In this document: positions 44,519-54,081 of the stretch, in pieces
How the letters are laid out: each line of letters opens with the position of its first letter
Position numbering within the stretch: the stretch's first letter is position 1
NCBI GenBank assembly: GCA_022562495.1
Contig: JADFPE010000001.1
Location: forward strand, 48,946-112,945
DNA: 64,000 bases
Direction: 5' to 3'
From: Acidobacteriota bacterium
Lineage (GTDB): Bacteria; Acidobacteriota; Vicinamibacteria; Vicinamibacterales; UBA8438
Translations under genes and position numbers: made by a program
The notes under the pieces: model-generated
Told to the model about the DNA's origin: nothing
What the model saw: the letters and a program-made list of their open reading frames with translations, nothing else
The model's database searches: none

Positions 44519-45550
44519 GTGTCCAAGGAATCAGCAGACAGGCCTGTCCTGCTGCAGGTCGAGCGTCTGACCACGGTCTTCGACCTCGGCGACCGAGAGG
44601 CGGCGGCGGTGCGCGCGGTCAGTTTCATGATCCGCGCAGGCGAAACGCTCGCGCTGGTCGGTGAGTCCGGCAGCGGAAAGTCGGTCACCGCGTTGTCGTT
44701 GCTGGGACTGGTGCGTCCACCGGGACGGATCACCGGCGGGTCCATCCTCTGGAAGGGCCTCGATCTGGTGCATCTGGAGGAAACACGGCTGCATCGAATA
44801 CGCGGCCGTGAGATCGCTCTGGTGCTGCAAGACCCGGGCGCCGCCCTCAACCCGGTCTTCACCGTCGGCGATCAGATCATCGAAACGCTCCTGGCGCACG
44901 GCGTCGTGCCGAAGCCCGGGGCACGGGCTCGGATGCTCGAGCTCCTCGACGCGGTCCGGATTCCGGACCCGGACCGGCGCGCCGACGACTATCCGCATCA
45001 GCTGTCCGGTGGTCTGCGTCAGCGGGTCATGATCGCCCTCGCGCTCGCCGGTGACCCCGAGCTGCTCATCGCCGACGAGCCCACCACCGGACTCGACGCC
45101 ACCACCCAATCCCGAATTGTCGACCTCCTGCGCGACCTCGTCGAGCGCCACGACCTCTCGTTGCTGCTCATCAGCCACGATCTGGCGGTCGTCAGCGCCT
45201 GTGCCGACCGCGTCGCCGTGATGTACGCCGGGCAGATCATCGAAGAGGGTCCCGCGCAGGCGGTTCTGCACAACCCAGGGCATCCCTACACCCGCGGTCT
45301 CCTGGCATCGGTGCCGGGTGCCGCGCCCGGAGTCCCGCTTCGCGGCATCGAAGGTGCGCCACCCCGGCTGGGCGAGCTACCTCCCGGCTGCGCCTTCGCG
45401 CCACGCTGTCCGGAGCAGTTCGACCGGTGCAAGACCGTCATGCCGGAATCGTGGGCGCACGACACCGGCACCGTCGCCCGCTGTCACCTGCACGACCCGG
45501 GTCAGGCCGTGCCGGCCACCACCGACGAGGGTGGAGCGCCGGGTCCCTGA
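44519..45550 (+). CDS. ABC transporter ATP-binding protein (oligopeptide/dipeptide DppD/OppD type)
   Basis: Walker A GESGSGKS, signature LSGGLRQR, Walker B LLIADEPTTGLD, and the C-terminal Cys-containing oligopeptide-type extension. Confidence 0.9.
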   Translation: MSKESADRPVLLQVERLTTVFDLGDREAAAVRAVSFMIRAGETLALVGESGSGKSVTALSLLGLVRPPGRITGGSILWKGLDLVHLEETRLHRIRGREIALVLQDPGAALNPVFTVGDQIIETLLAHGVVPKPGARARMLELLDAVRIPDPDRRADDYPHQLSGGLRQRVMIALALAGDPELLIADEPTTGLDATTQSRIVDLLRDLVERHDLSLLLISHDLAVVSACADRVAVMYAGQIIEEGPAQAVLHNPGHPYTRGLLASVPGAAPGVPLRGIEGAPPRLGELPPGCAFAPRCPEQFDRCKTVMPESWAHDTGTVARCHLHDPGQAVPATTDEGGAPGP

Positions 45551-45552
45551 CC

Positions 45553-46422
45553 ATGCCGCTGCTCGAGGTCGAGGGCCTGGTCAAGCACTTCGTGCGACGG
45601 CGTCCGCTCCGATCGACCGTCGTGGTCCACGCGGTGAACGACATCAGCTTCACCGTGGACGAGGGAGAAAGCTTCGGCCTCGTGGGTGAATCGGGCAGCG
45701 GCAAGACCACGGCGGCGCGTTGTATCCTGCGGCTCACGACACCCACGGCCGGCGAGATCCGCTTCGACGGTGAGCCGATCCGCTCGATGTCACGCCAGCA
45801 GCTGCGGAGGCTGCGCCGCACCGTTCAACCGGTGTTTCAGGATCCCTACGCGTCGCTGAATCCACGGCTGCCGGTCGGCGAGAGCGTGGCCGAACCGCTC
45901 GTCGTCCATCGCATCGGCACGGCCGCGAGTCGGCAGGCCCGTGTGGAGGAATTGCTGGACCAGGTAGGACTGGACCGGTCGCACCTCCGGCGACGCCCGG
46001 ACGAGCTGAGCGGCGGACAGCGCCAGCGGATCGCGTTGGCGCGGGCGCTGGCCCTCGGTCCACGCCTCGTGGTGCTCGACGAGCCGGTGTCGGCACTCGA
46101 CGCGTCGGTGGGCGCCCAGATCGTCAACCTCTTGATGCGGCTCCAGCGTGACCTGGGTCTTGCCCTGCTGTTCATCACCCACGACCTGCGTCTCGTGCGG
46201 CACATGACAACCCGCGTCGCGGTGATGCGGGCGGGGCGAATCGTCGAGACCGCGGCGACCCAGGCGGTGTTCGCCGCGCCACGGCACCCTTACACACGGA
46301 CCCTGCTCGCGGCCGCCGACCTCGCAAGCCGGCGCGGCCAGGTCGACCCTGGTGAGAACCGGCCGGACGACGGTGACACGCCGCTGCGCGAGGTCGCGGT
46401 CGGACACTGGGCGCGGGTGTGA
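45553..46422 (+). CDS. ABC transporter ATP-binding protein (oligopeptide/dipeptide DppF/OppF type)
   Basis: Walker A GESGSGKTT, signature LSGGQRQR, Walker B LVVLDEPVSALD. ATG 45553 lies 2 nt after the upstream stop. Confidence 0.9.
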   Translation: MPLLEVEGLVKHFVRRRPLRSTVVVHAVNDISFTVDEGESFGLVGESGSGKTTAARCILRLTTPTAGEIRFDGEPIRSMSRQQLRRLRRTVQPVFQDPYASLNPRLPVGESVAEPLVVHRIGTAASRQARVEELLDQVGLDRSHLRRRPDELSGGQRQRIALARALALGPRLVVLDEPVSALDASVGAQIVNLLMRLQRDLGLALLFITHDLRLVRHMTTRVAVMRAGRIVETAATQAVFAAPRHPYTRTLLAAADLASRRGQVDPGENRPDDGDTPLREVAVGHWARV

Positions 46423-46437
46423 GAGGGCGGAGTGCGC

Positions 46438-47151
46438 TCAGATGCTCACCCCCATGGCAGGCGAGCGATGGGACTGCCGTACGTCCTGTGCGACCTGACC
46501 GTCGCGTAAGTGGATCGCCCGGTGGGCGTACGCGGCGACGGTCGCCTCGTGCGTGATCAGGACGATCGTGTTCCCCGTCGCGTGCAGCCGCTCGAACAGC
46601 GTCAAGATCTCCAGACCGGTCTTCGAATCCAGATTCCCGGTCGGTTCATCAGCCAGCAGGATCGACGGATTGTTGACGAGGGCGCGCGCGACCGCGACAC
46701 GCTGACGCTGGCCGCCGGACAGCTCGTTCGGCTTGTGCGTGACCCGATCGGAGAGCTCGACCCGGTCGAGTGCCTCGAGCGCGCGCGCGCGCCGGGCAGG
46801 ACCGGGGACCCCGGCGTACACGAGCGGCAGCTCCACGTTGTGCAACGCGGTGGCGCGCGGCAGCAGATTGAAGGTCTGGAAGATGAACCCGATCTCCTCG
46901 TTGCGAATCCGCGCCAGCTCGTCGTCTTCCAGCTCCCGCACCTGTTGACCGTTGAGCAGGTAGCTGCCGCGGCTGGGCGTGTCCAGGCACCCGATCAAAT
47001 TCATCAGGGTGGACTTGCCGGAGCCGGACGGACCCATGATCGCTACATACTCGCCACGCTCGATCTGTATGGAGACCCCCTGCAGGGCATGGATCTCCTC
47101 GCCACCCATGCGGTAGGTCTTCCACAGGTCGCGGGTCTCAATGAGGGCCAT
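46438..47151 (-). CDS. ABC transporter ATP-binding protein (MacB/LolD/FtsE-like)
   Basis: Walker [10 protein letters not shown], signature [15 protein letters not shown], Walker [13 protein letters not shown]. Confidence 0.9.
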   Translation of the reverse strand: MALIETRDLWKTYRMGGEEIHALQGVSIQIERGEYVAIMGPSGSGKSTLMNLIGCLDTPSRGSYLLNGQQVRELEDDELARIRNEEIGFIFQTFNLLPRATALHNVELPLVYAGVPGPARRARALEALDRVELSDRVTHKPNELSGGQRQRVAVARALVNNPSILLADEPTGNLDSKTGLEILTLFERLHATGNTIVLITHEATVAAYAHRAIHLRDGQVAQDVRQSHRSPAMGVSI

Positions 47152-47174
47152 GTCCAGCGTGTCCTCCAGGCTTG

Positions 47175-47280
47175 GGAGTCAGAAGGCAAAAGAGCATCGG
47201 TGGGCTGCACCGTCGACAACGGACCGCGTCGGTTTGATTCGGTCAGACCGGCTGAAGTGATGCTGGCGACAGCCGTCTCA
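47175..47280 (+). repeat. Heptamer array, hairpin unit and shared core segment
   Basis: GGAGTCAGAAGGCAAAAGAGCA, then TCGGTGGGCTGCACCG, and later GATGCTGGCGACAGCCG, which is shared with the 41774-41929 element. Confidence 0.65.
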
Positions 47281-47404
47281 GGGCACCCCATTGTATACGT
47301 CGTCGGGTGAGATTCCGTCGACCACGGGGTGCGGTCACGGCCACTGCGCCGTCTGCGCACCCTCGGCTACCAGAGTCTGATACTCGGCGTTCGCACCGGC
47401 GAGG

Positions 47405-47806
47405 TTACCGGCCCGCTGGTACCGGCGATGCCGGGTCGGCGACTGGGTCGGGAGCACGCGCCGGGACCGGGTCGCCACCCTTGACAGGTCGCCGGGCGCG
47501 GCGGGGTACGTCGTCGGTCCCGGGGCCTGCAATGCGCGACCCCGGGTCATCCGTGCTCGCGTCGGCGGCGACCTGCGTGCCCGACGGGATCGAGGCCGAA
47601 CGCTCCCCCATCATCCAGCCGAGCAACGCGATCGAGGCCACGGCAACGACACCGACCGCGAGTCGCAGGCCCCCCCTCCGCCGCTGGGGCCGTGCATAGC
47701 CGAGGGTCGACAGAATCAACTCGACCTGACGACCGGCGCCGGGTGCGTGCGGCGCGGCCGTGTCGGCGTACCTGGCCCGCCGGAGCGAATCGAGCAACGT
47801 ACTCAT
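47405..47806 (-). CDS. Hypothetical single-pass membrane protein
   Basis: 133-aa ORF starting 18 nt downstream of the ExeA-like gene. One hydrophobic helix (LAVGVVAVASIALLGWMM) and a Pro/Asp-rich tail. Confidence 0.4.
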   Translation of the reverse strand: MSTLLDSLRRARYADTAAPHAPGAGRQVELILSTLGYARPQRRRGGLRLAVGVVAVASIALLGWMMGERSASIPSGTQVAADASTDDPGSRIAGPGTDDVPRRARRPVKGGDPVPARAPDPVADPASPVPAGR

Positions 47807-47823
47807 GACACTCGTGTCCTGCC

Positions 47824-48840
47824 TCAGAGGTTCGCGACATCATTCCCAGGTGGGGCATCGCGCCTGGACGGCGGTGCTCCTCGTGATACAAGATCCCCCA
47901 ACCCCGCGCTGCCCGTGCCGATCAGGACCGACAGCCCGAGCGCGACGGCCACAGCAACGGCACGGCGTCGCAGGCGGATGCTGAGCGCCGGCGCGCGCGG
48001 CGTGGCCCGCGGCAGCTCGAGACTCTCGGACGCGGCCTTGACGATGTCGGCGCCGATGACGTTGGTGCGGTCGGCGAACCCGGCCAGCAGAGCACGGTCG
48101 CACAGCAAGTTGATGACCCGTGGGATCCCTTGCGACAGCCGGTGGATCGCCTCGAGCGCCCGCGGCCGGAACCTGACCGACGCCCCGCCGCCCGCCACAC
48201 TCAGGCGGTGGATGACGTAGGCCGCCACCTCGTCCGGGGTCAGCGGATGCAACTCGTACGTGATCGACACTCGCTGCGCCAGTTGTCGGAGCTCAGGCGC
48301 ACGGAGCGTGGTGCCGAGACCCAGCTGTCCCACCAGGACGATCTGCAGGAGTTTCTCCTTGTCGGTTTCGAGGTTCGAGAGAATGCGAAGCTGTTCGAGC
48401 ACCTGCGGTGGCAGGTTCTGCGCCTCATCGACGATCACCATGGCGCAGGCACCGAGCGGCAGCAGGGATCGCAGAAAATCGTTGAGCGTGTTGATCAACG
48501 CCTGTTTGCTGATCTCGCTCATGTAGCCGTGCCTGAGCTCGTCACGCGAGACGACGCCAAAATCCTGCAGGATGCGCTTGAGCAGATCAGTCTCCGAGAG
48601 GAACGGATTGAGCAAGAGCGCACTGAAGGTCCGTCGGTCGCGACGCTCGAAGAGCGCCCGACACAACGTGGTCTTGCCGGTGCCGATGTCCCCGGTGACG
48701 ACGACGAAACCCTCGCGACGATGCATCGCGTACTCGAGCAGATCGCACGCGCTGGCGTGGGTCTTGCTGCGAAACAGGAATTTCGGGTCCGGCGTCAGAC
48801 TGAAGGGCTTCTCGGTGAAACCGTAGTACTCCTCGTACAT
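47824..48840 (-). CDS. ExeA/GspA-like AAA ATPase (PEP-CTERM/secretion-associated type)
   Basis: N-terminus MYEEYYGFTEKPFSLTPDPKFLF, Walker A GDIGTGKTT, Walker B MVIVDEAQNL. Start set at ATG 48840 after GAGGAG. Confidence 0.85.
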   Translation of the reverse strand: MYEEYYGFTEKPFSLTPDPKFLFRSKTHASACDLLEYAMHRREGFVVVTGDIGTGKTTLCRALFERRDRRTFSALLLNPFLSETDLLKRILQDFGVVSRDELRHGYMSEISKQALINTLNDFLRSLLPLGACAMVIVDEAQNLPPQVLEQLRILSNLETDKEKLLQIVLVGQLGLGTTLRAPELRQLAQRVSITYELHPLTPDEVAAYVIHRLSVAGGGASVRFRPRALEAIHRLSQGIPRVINLLCDRALLAGFADRTNVIGADIVKAASESLELPRATPRAPALSIRLRRRAVAVAVALGLSVLIGTGSAGLGDLVSRGAPPSRRDAPPGNDVANL

Positions 48841-48999
48841 TGCGGTGCTCCTCGTGCAGCGTCCCACGAGTGACGCGCCGGACTCTGCTTCACGATTCCC
48901 GCCGACGACGCTTGGCTAGCTCGCACAGCGCTGCACACATTTTCCTATTGTGGTGTCGGCCGATCCGGCCCGGAACGATAGGGGGGAGCGAGGAATCCC

Positions 49000-49036
49000 A
49001 GGAGTCAGGAGACAGGAGGAAACCGGGCCGGCCGGC
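49000..49036 (+). repeat. Heptamer array unit
   Basis: AGGAGTCAGGAGACAGGAGGAA followed by the GC-rich palindromic CCGGGCCGGCCGGC. Confidence 0.7.
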
Positions 49037-49076
49037 TGTCACCACGTGCGGCCGGGCTAGGTCTCGCCACGGGTTG

Positions 49077-49583
49077 CTACGCCGGCAGCTCCGGAGGCGG
49101 AGGAGAAGCGACCGGCGCCGACGGCGGGGTGGAACGGAAGATGAGGGCGCCGAGCAGCCCCCCGAGCGTGGAGAAGACCATCCCCACGGCCAGCATGAAG
49201 AAGAATCCGACGACCACGGCGCCGAGGCCGCTGCCGGACCCGAAGCTCTCCATCAGCTCACGCACCTCGGGCGGCACGTCGGCTGCCGAGTCGAGCAGCC
49301 CGTTCATCAGGCCGCGCTGGAGCGGCGCCGTGACGAGCTGGATCGGCAGCGACACGACGGCATAGACCACCGCTCCGAAGATGCCGGTCAAAAACCCGCC
49401 AAACGCCCCCTCGCCGAGCTGGATCGGATCTGGTCTGCCGTGCTGGGTCAGGTAGGCGGTCACGACGCCGCCCCCCATCACCCAGAGACAGCAACAGTTG
49501 CCAAGCGAGATGATCGGCAGGGCGGACAGCACGCCCATGAACAGACCGCCGAAGAGCACCGGCTGCAGTAGGGCCTGGGACAT
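49077..49583 (-). CDS. Hypothetical polytopic membrane protein
   Basis: 168-aa ORF with four hydrophobic segments, an NCCCLW motif and a Pro-rich C-terminus. Confidence 0.6.
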   Translation of the reverse strand: MSQALLQPVLFGGLFMGVLSALPIISLGNCCCLWVMGGGVVTAYLTQHGRPDPIQLGEGAFGGFLTGIFGAVVYAVVSLPIQLVTAPLQRGLMNGLLDSAADVPPEVRELMESFGSGSGLGAVVVGFFFMLAVGMVFSTLGGLLGALIFRSTPPSAPVASPPPPELPA

Positions 49584-49597
49584 GGGGTCGTCTGGTC

Positions 49598-49623
49598 CAA
49601 GAAGTCAGAAGTCAGACCTCAGA
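49598..49623 (+). repeat. Heptamer array unit
   Basis: CAAGAAGTCAGAAGTCAGACCTCAGA. Confidence 0.7.
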
Positions 49624-49706
49624 TGGAACCGGTGGCCCGACGAGCTCCGAAGCGCCTCCTTCCCCGATCCCCGATATCGCGAGCTGGGCGTGTCCGGGTC
49701 AGCGCG

Positions 49707-51020
49707 CTAATCGTAGTACTCGAGACCGAGGTGGGTGATGAGCTCCTCGCCACGCATGTACCGCAGCGTGTTCTTCAGCTTCATCAGCTGAATGAACAGA
49801 TCGTGCTCCGGATATAGACCGGGGGCGTGCATCGGGCTCTTGAAGTAGAAGGAGAGCCACTCCTGGATGCCGCTCATGCCGGCCCGTTTCGCCAGGTCGA
49901 GAAACAACACGAGATCGAGCACGATCGGCGCGGCAAGGATGCTGTCCCGACACAAGAAGTTGATCTTGAGCTGCATCTTGTAGCCGAGCCACCCGACCAG
50001 GTCAATGTTGTCCCAGCCCTCCTTGTTGTCACCACGCGGCGGGTAGTAATTGATCCGGACAACGTGACAGAGATCCTTGTATAACGTCGGATACAGCTCG
50101 GGCTGCAGGATGTAGTCGAGCACCGACTTCTTGCTTTCTTCCTTCGTCTTGAAGGACTCGGGGTCGTCGAGCACCTCGCCGTCCCGGTTCCCGAGGATGT
50201 TCGTCGAGAACCACCCCGACACCCCGATGAGCCGCGCCTTGAGGCCGGGCGCCACGATCGTCTTGATTAGGGTCTGACCGGTCTTCAGGTCCTTACCCAT
50301 AACCGGCGACCCGTTGTCCAACGCGAGCTGGTCCAGGGCCGGAATATCGGCGCTGAGGTTCGGCGCGGCGTTGGCATACGGGATGCCTTCCTTCAACGCC
50401 GCATAGGCGTAGACCATGCTGGACGCGATCTCGTCAGCATTCGACTCCAGCGCCTGCTCGAACGCCGCAATCGACTGGTGCGCCGCGGTCGGGGTCATGA
50501 AGATCTCGGTGCTGCCGCACCAGACCATGACCAGCCGGTCGAGGTTGTGCGTATCCTTGAAGGCACGGATGTCAGCCCGCACCTGCTCGGCGATCTCTCG
50601 CTTGTTGGCACCCGTTTTGACGTTGGTGCCCATGAGCCGCTTGACATACCGCTGGTCGAACACCGCCGGCCAGGGCCGGATCGCCTCGAGCTCCGGTTGG
50701 ACCTTCTCGAGCATCGACACGTCGAGCACGCCGGCCGTTATGGCCGCCTCGTAGCAGTTCTCCTCGAAGATGTCCCAGGCGCCGAACACCAGGTCGTCGA
50801 GCGACGCCAGCGGCACGAACTCCTTGATGAGCGGCGAGCGCCCTTCGTTGCGCTTCCCCAGCCGGACGGTGCCCATCTGGGTGAGCGAACCGATCGGCGA
50901 CGCCAGCCCCTTTCTGATGAGCAACGTGCCGGCGATGAAGGTGGTGCTGACAGCGCCCATGCCGACGAGCAAGACGCCGAGCTTGCCGTTAGCGGGTGTA
51001 ATTTCGACTGTGTCTTTCAC
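49707..51020 (-). CDS. myo-Inositol-3-phosphate synthase
   Basis: NAD-binding N-terminus GVLLVGMGAVSTTFIAG and the conserved C-terminal region SGWFSTNILGNRDGEVL...FKTKEESKKSVL resemble the archaeal/bacterial MIPS type. Confidence 0.85.
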   Translation of the reverse strand: MKDTVEITPANGKLGVLLVGMGAVSTTFIAGTLLIRKGLASPIGSLTQMGTVRLGKRNEGRSPLIKEFVPLASLDDLVFGAWDIFEENCYEAAITAGVLDVSMLEKVQPELEAIRPWPAVFDQRYVKRLMGTNVKTGANKREIAEQVRADIRAFKDTHNLDRLVMVWCGSTEIFMTPTAAHQSIAAFEQALESNADEIASSMVYAYAALKEGIPYANAAPNLSADIPALDQLALDNGSPVMGKDLKTGQTLIKTIVAPGLKARLIGVSGWFSTNILGNRDGEVLDDPESFKTKEESKKSVLDYILQPELYPTLYKDLCHVVRINYYPPRGDNKEGWDNIDLVGWLGYKMQLKINFLCRDSILAAPIVLDLVLFLDLAKRAGMSGIQEWLSFYFKSPMHAPGLYPEHDLFIQLMKLKNTLRYMRGEELITHLGLEYYD

Positions 51021-51133
51021 GGCCGGACACTATATCATGGCGGCCGGCGAGCATCCGAATTATGGCGGCCGGCGGCCATCCGAGCGCCACCGAGCCGTCA
51101 ACCGGACACCGCTGGAGACGGCGGCCTGGCCCG

Positions 51134-51712
51134 ATGACGTGTATGGCATTTTTGAAGAAGCTCACAGGAGAACAAGACCTCCGGGTGTCGATGATCGGAC
51201 TGCAACTGGGCGACCGGGTGTTGCAGATCGGCCACCGTGGCCCGCGCCTGATCGCGCTGCTGGCCGCCAAGGTCGGGGTCAGCGGGCAGGCATCGGCGCT
51301 CGTGACCGACGACGCGGCGGCGGACACGATCAACCGCGTCGCGACGGCCCGCGGCGTGCTCGTCGATGTCAAGGTCGCCCCGCTCCGGACACCGCCGTTC
51401 GCCGAGGGTTGGTTCGATGTCGTCGTCATTCCGGAGCTGATCGGCGCCATGCGACCGCACGAGCGGGTGGGCACCCTGCAGGGCGCACGACAGGTGCTGC
51501 GGGTGGGAGGACGCTGTCTCGTCATCGAGACCGCGCCGCGCGGCGGCCTCGGCGCGCTGTTCTCGGCACGTTCGGTCGACCCCCACTATCGCGCGCAGGG
51601 TGGTGCCGAAGCGGCGCTGCGCGCCGAGGAGTTCAAGCCGGTGCGCACGCTCGCCGAACGTGACGGGCTGCTCTTCACGGAGGGCACGAAGCGTGACCTG
51701 GCGCAACCCTGA
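51134..51712 (+). CDS. Methyltransferase-fold protein with atypical SAM motif I
   Basis: Overall class-I methyltransferase layout (LQLGDRVLQIG..., FDVVVIPELIGAM, LRVGGRCLVIE). The usual GxGxG is replaced by IGHRGPR. Start uncertain (51062, 51134 or 51143). Confidence 0.55.
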   Translation: MTCMAFLKKLTGEQDLRVSMIGLQLGDRVLQIGHRGPRLIALLAAKVGVSGQASALVTDDAAADTINRVATARGVLVDVKVAPLRTPPFAEGWFDVVVIPELIGAMRPHERVGTLQGARQVLRVGGRCLVIETAPRGGLGALFSARSVDPHYRAQGGAEAALRAEEFKPVRTLAERDGLLFTEGTKRDLAQP

Positions 51713-51945
51713 CGAGTGTCCTGACCTCTTCTGAGCACACCAGCTGTCTCGAACGGCTGCACCGGCCAACCGAACAGCAAGTACATACGTCAAAGAACCG
51801 AGAAAACGTGTGATCAGTGCCGTTCCGGTCGTGATCGAAGCGGCAAGGCTTTTGCTAGGTAACTCTCGAGTACAGAACTGTCAGTCCAGGGACTCGATCG
51901 GAACACGGCCCATCAGATGGTCCGCGTCATGAGTGCGGCGAAGCA

Positions 51946-52170
51946 TTGAGCGCCGTCGATGACAACGAGTCTCGGTGCGAGGTGCTACTGGAGATCGTGG
52001 TCGGCCCGGATGGCACCGTCAGCGATGTGAGAGTGCTGCACCGGCTCGGGGGTGGGCTCGACACACGGGCCATCGCAGCGGTACGGCAGTGGCGCTTCTC
52101 TCCGGCGCGACGGGTCGGGACACCGGTCGCCGTCATCGTGCAGGTCGGTGTGGAGTTCACGCTGCGATAG
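51946..52170 (+). pseudogene. Isolated TonB C-terminal-domain fragment (probable gene remnant)
   Basis: The 74 codons encode VLLEIVVGPDGTVSDVRVLHRLGGGLDTRAIAAVRQWRFSPARRVGTPVAV, the distal part of a TonB_C domain. An in-frame TAG at 51856 excludes any Pro-rich or TM N-terminus. Confidence 0.5.
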
Positions 52171-52211
52171 GGACGGGGGTCACCCCAGCGCAAAGAACAC
52201 AGAGCATCGAT

Positions 52212-53045
52212 ATGGATCTCGCCCTGGCCACCGTGACCGTAATCTCGTTGACGATGGCGTTCGCCATGGGTGTCGTGACCTGGCGTCTGATGCGGGAGGA
52301 GCGCCGGCGCTCCGACGCCCACGTGGCCACCCTGCTGGCTGAGCTGGAACGACCACGCGAACCCACCCTCGGCGCCGTCGAGCGAGTTGCCCTGGACGCC
52401 CCCCGCGTGGCGGCCCCCGTCCGCACAGCGGAGTCCGCGCCGCCGCGACGCCAGGCCACTCCCGCCACACCGGCGGTGGGACCTGCGCGGTCGGCCGGAA
52501 CGGTGACGCCCCCGGTCCCGGTGGCGCAGTCGCCGACCGGACTGTTTGCCACGATGACCGGGTCACCCGTGTCGCTCCGTCCCTTCCTCGCCACCCTGGC
52601 GGCCGCGGTGGCGGTGGTGGCAGCCGTGTCCGTCACCATGCTGTCCGGGCTGTCCGGCGGCCCCCTCGCGGACCCCGGCTCCGGCACGCCAGGGCCGGTC
52701 GAGCTGCTCTCGTTGACGCATGCCAGGGAGGGCGAGTATCTGGCGATCACCGGGTCGATCCGGAACCCGTCCGATGGGATCGAGCGCGGGCAACTGAGTG
52801 TCACGGCAACCGTGTTCGACCGGGACGGCACGGTGGTGGGGACCGCACAGACGCCGCTGCCGGTGGCGGTGCTGGCCCCCGGGCGCGAAACCCCATTCAC
52901 CATCTCGCTCCCCGACGCCGACCGGATCAACCGGTATCGCATCAGCTTCATGGAGGGGCAGACCAGCGTGCCCCACATTGATCGACGGCGGCCGAACGAC
53001 CAGGCGCGCTCAGTCGCACCGGCGCCCACAGGAGACCGACCATGA
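52212..53045 (+). CDS. Hypothetical membrane-anchored protein
   Basis: N-terminal TM helix (LALATVTVISLTMAFAMGVVTW), a Pro/Ala-rich linker, a second TM helix, and a C-terminal beta-rich domain. Its stop overlaps the next gene's start (ATGA). Confidence 0.5.
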   Translation: MDLALATVTVISLTMAFAMGVVTWRLMREERRRSDAHVATLLAELERPREPTLGAVERVALDAPRVAAPVRTAESAPPRRQATPATPAVGPARSAGTVTPPVPVAQSPTGLFATMTGSPVSLRPFLATLAAAVAVVAAVSVTMLSGLSGGPLADPGSGTPGPVELLSLTHAREGEYLAITGSIRNPSDGIERGQLSVTATVFDRDGTVVGTAQTPLPVAVLAPGRETPFTISLPDADRINRYRISFMEGQTSVPHIDRRRPNDQARSVAPAPTGDRP

Positions 53046-54076
53046 CCCGACGTACCTTGGCCGCGCTGTCACTCGCCGCGGCGGCTCCGCTGGTTGTCGC
53101 TGGTCAGCAACCACCGGAACCGGACGACCAGGCATTCGTGTTCCGCACCGGTGTCGAGCTGATCAACGTCACCGCGACGGTCACCGATGCCCGCGGTCGC
53201 TTCGTCAGCGGGCTGACCAGGGACGACTTCCTGGTCTACCAAGACGGAGAGCTCGTGGAAGTGACCCACTTCGACAACGAGCGGGTACCGGTGAGTCTCG
53301 GGATTGTCCTCGACACCAGTGGGAGCATGGAGGGCCGGAAGATGGAGGCGGCCAGGAAGGCCCTCGACCGATTCCTGTACGACCTGCTCGGCCCGGACGA
53401 CGAGATTTTCCTCTATCGGTTCAGCTACACACCGGTCCTGCTGCAGGACTGGACCGCCGACCGCGGCCGGCTCAGTCGCGCGATCCGAGATATCCGTCCG
53501 CGAGGCGGCACCGCGCTGTACGACGCGGTGGCCGAGTCGGTCCCCCGGGTGGCCGAGGGGCAGCATTTCAAGAAGGCGCTGCTGATTATCTCCGACGGCA
53601 ACGACACCAACAGCGAGACCGACATCCGGGAGCTGCGACGGCTCATCCGGGAGAGCGAGGCTCTGATCTACGCGATCGGCATCGACGGACGCTCGACGCC
53701 TACCGGTTGGAATCGCCGGGGCCCGACGATCCGGATGCCGATTCCCACGCCGTTCCCATTCCCGGGCGGCGGCCGCCGACCCCCGCAGCTACCGACCGGC
53801 CTCAGCAATCCCAGAGCCGCGAATCGGGACGACCGCGTCAATGTGACGGCGCTCCGGGATCTTACAGATGACAGCGGCGGACGGACCGAGATCATCCGGG
53901 ACGCAGACGACCTCGACCCGGCAACCGCCGGCATCGCCGACGAGCTGAGCCGGCAGTACTACCTCGGCTATCCGGCGCAAACCGAGAAGGATGGCCGCTG
54001 GCACTCGATCCGAGTCGAAGTGCGCAATTCTGCTTATCGCGTCCGCTCCCGACGCGGCTATATGGCGACACCCTGA
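53042..54076 (+). CDS. VWA-domain protein of the VWFA-related acidobacterial type
   Basis: N-terminal FVFRTGVELINVTATVTDARGRFVSGLTRDDFLVYQDGE module followed by a VWA domain with MIDAS motif LDTSGSMEG. Confidence 0.85.
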   Translation: MTRRTLAALSLAAAAPLVVAGQQPPEPDDQAFVFRTGVELINVTATVTDARGRFVSGLTRDDFLVYQDGELVEVTHFDNERVPVSLGIVLDTSGSMEGRKMEAARKALDRFLYDLLGPDDEIFLYRFSYTPVLLQDWTADRGRLSRAIRDIRPRGGTALYDAVAESVPRVAEGQHFKKALLIISDGNDTNSETDIRELRRLIRESEALIYAIGIDGRSTPTGWNRRGPTIRMPIPTPFPFPGGGRRPPQLPTGLSNPRAANRDDRVNVTALRDLTDDSGGRTEIIRDADDLDPATAGIADELSRQYYLGYPAQTEKDGRWHSIRVEVRNSAYRVRSRRGYMATP

Positions 54077-54081
54077 CGCAC

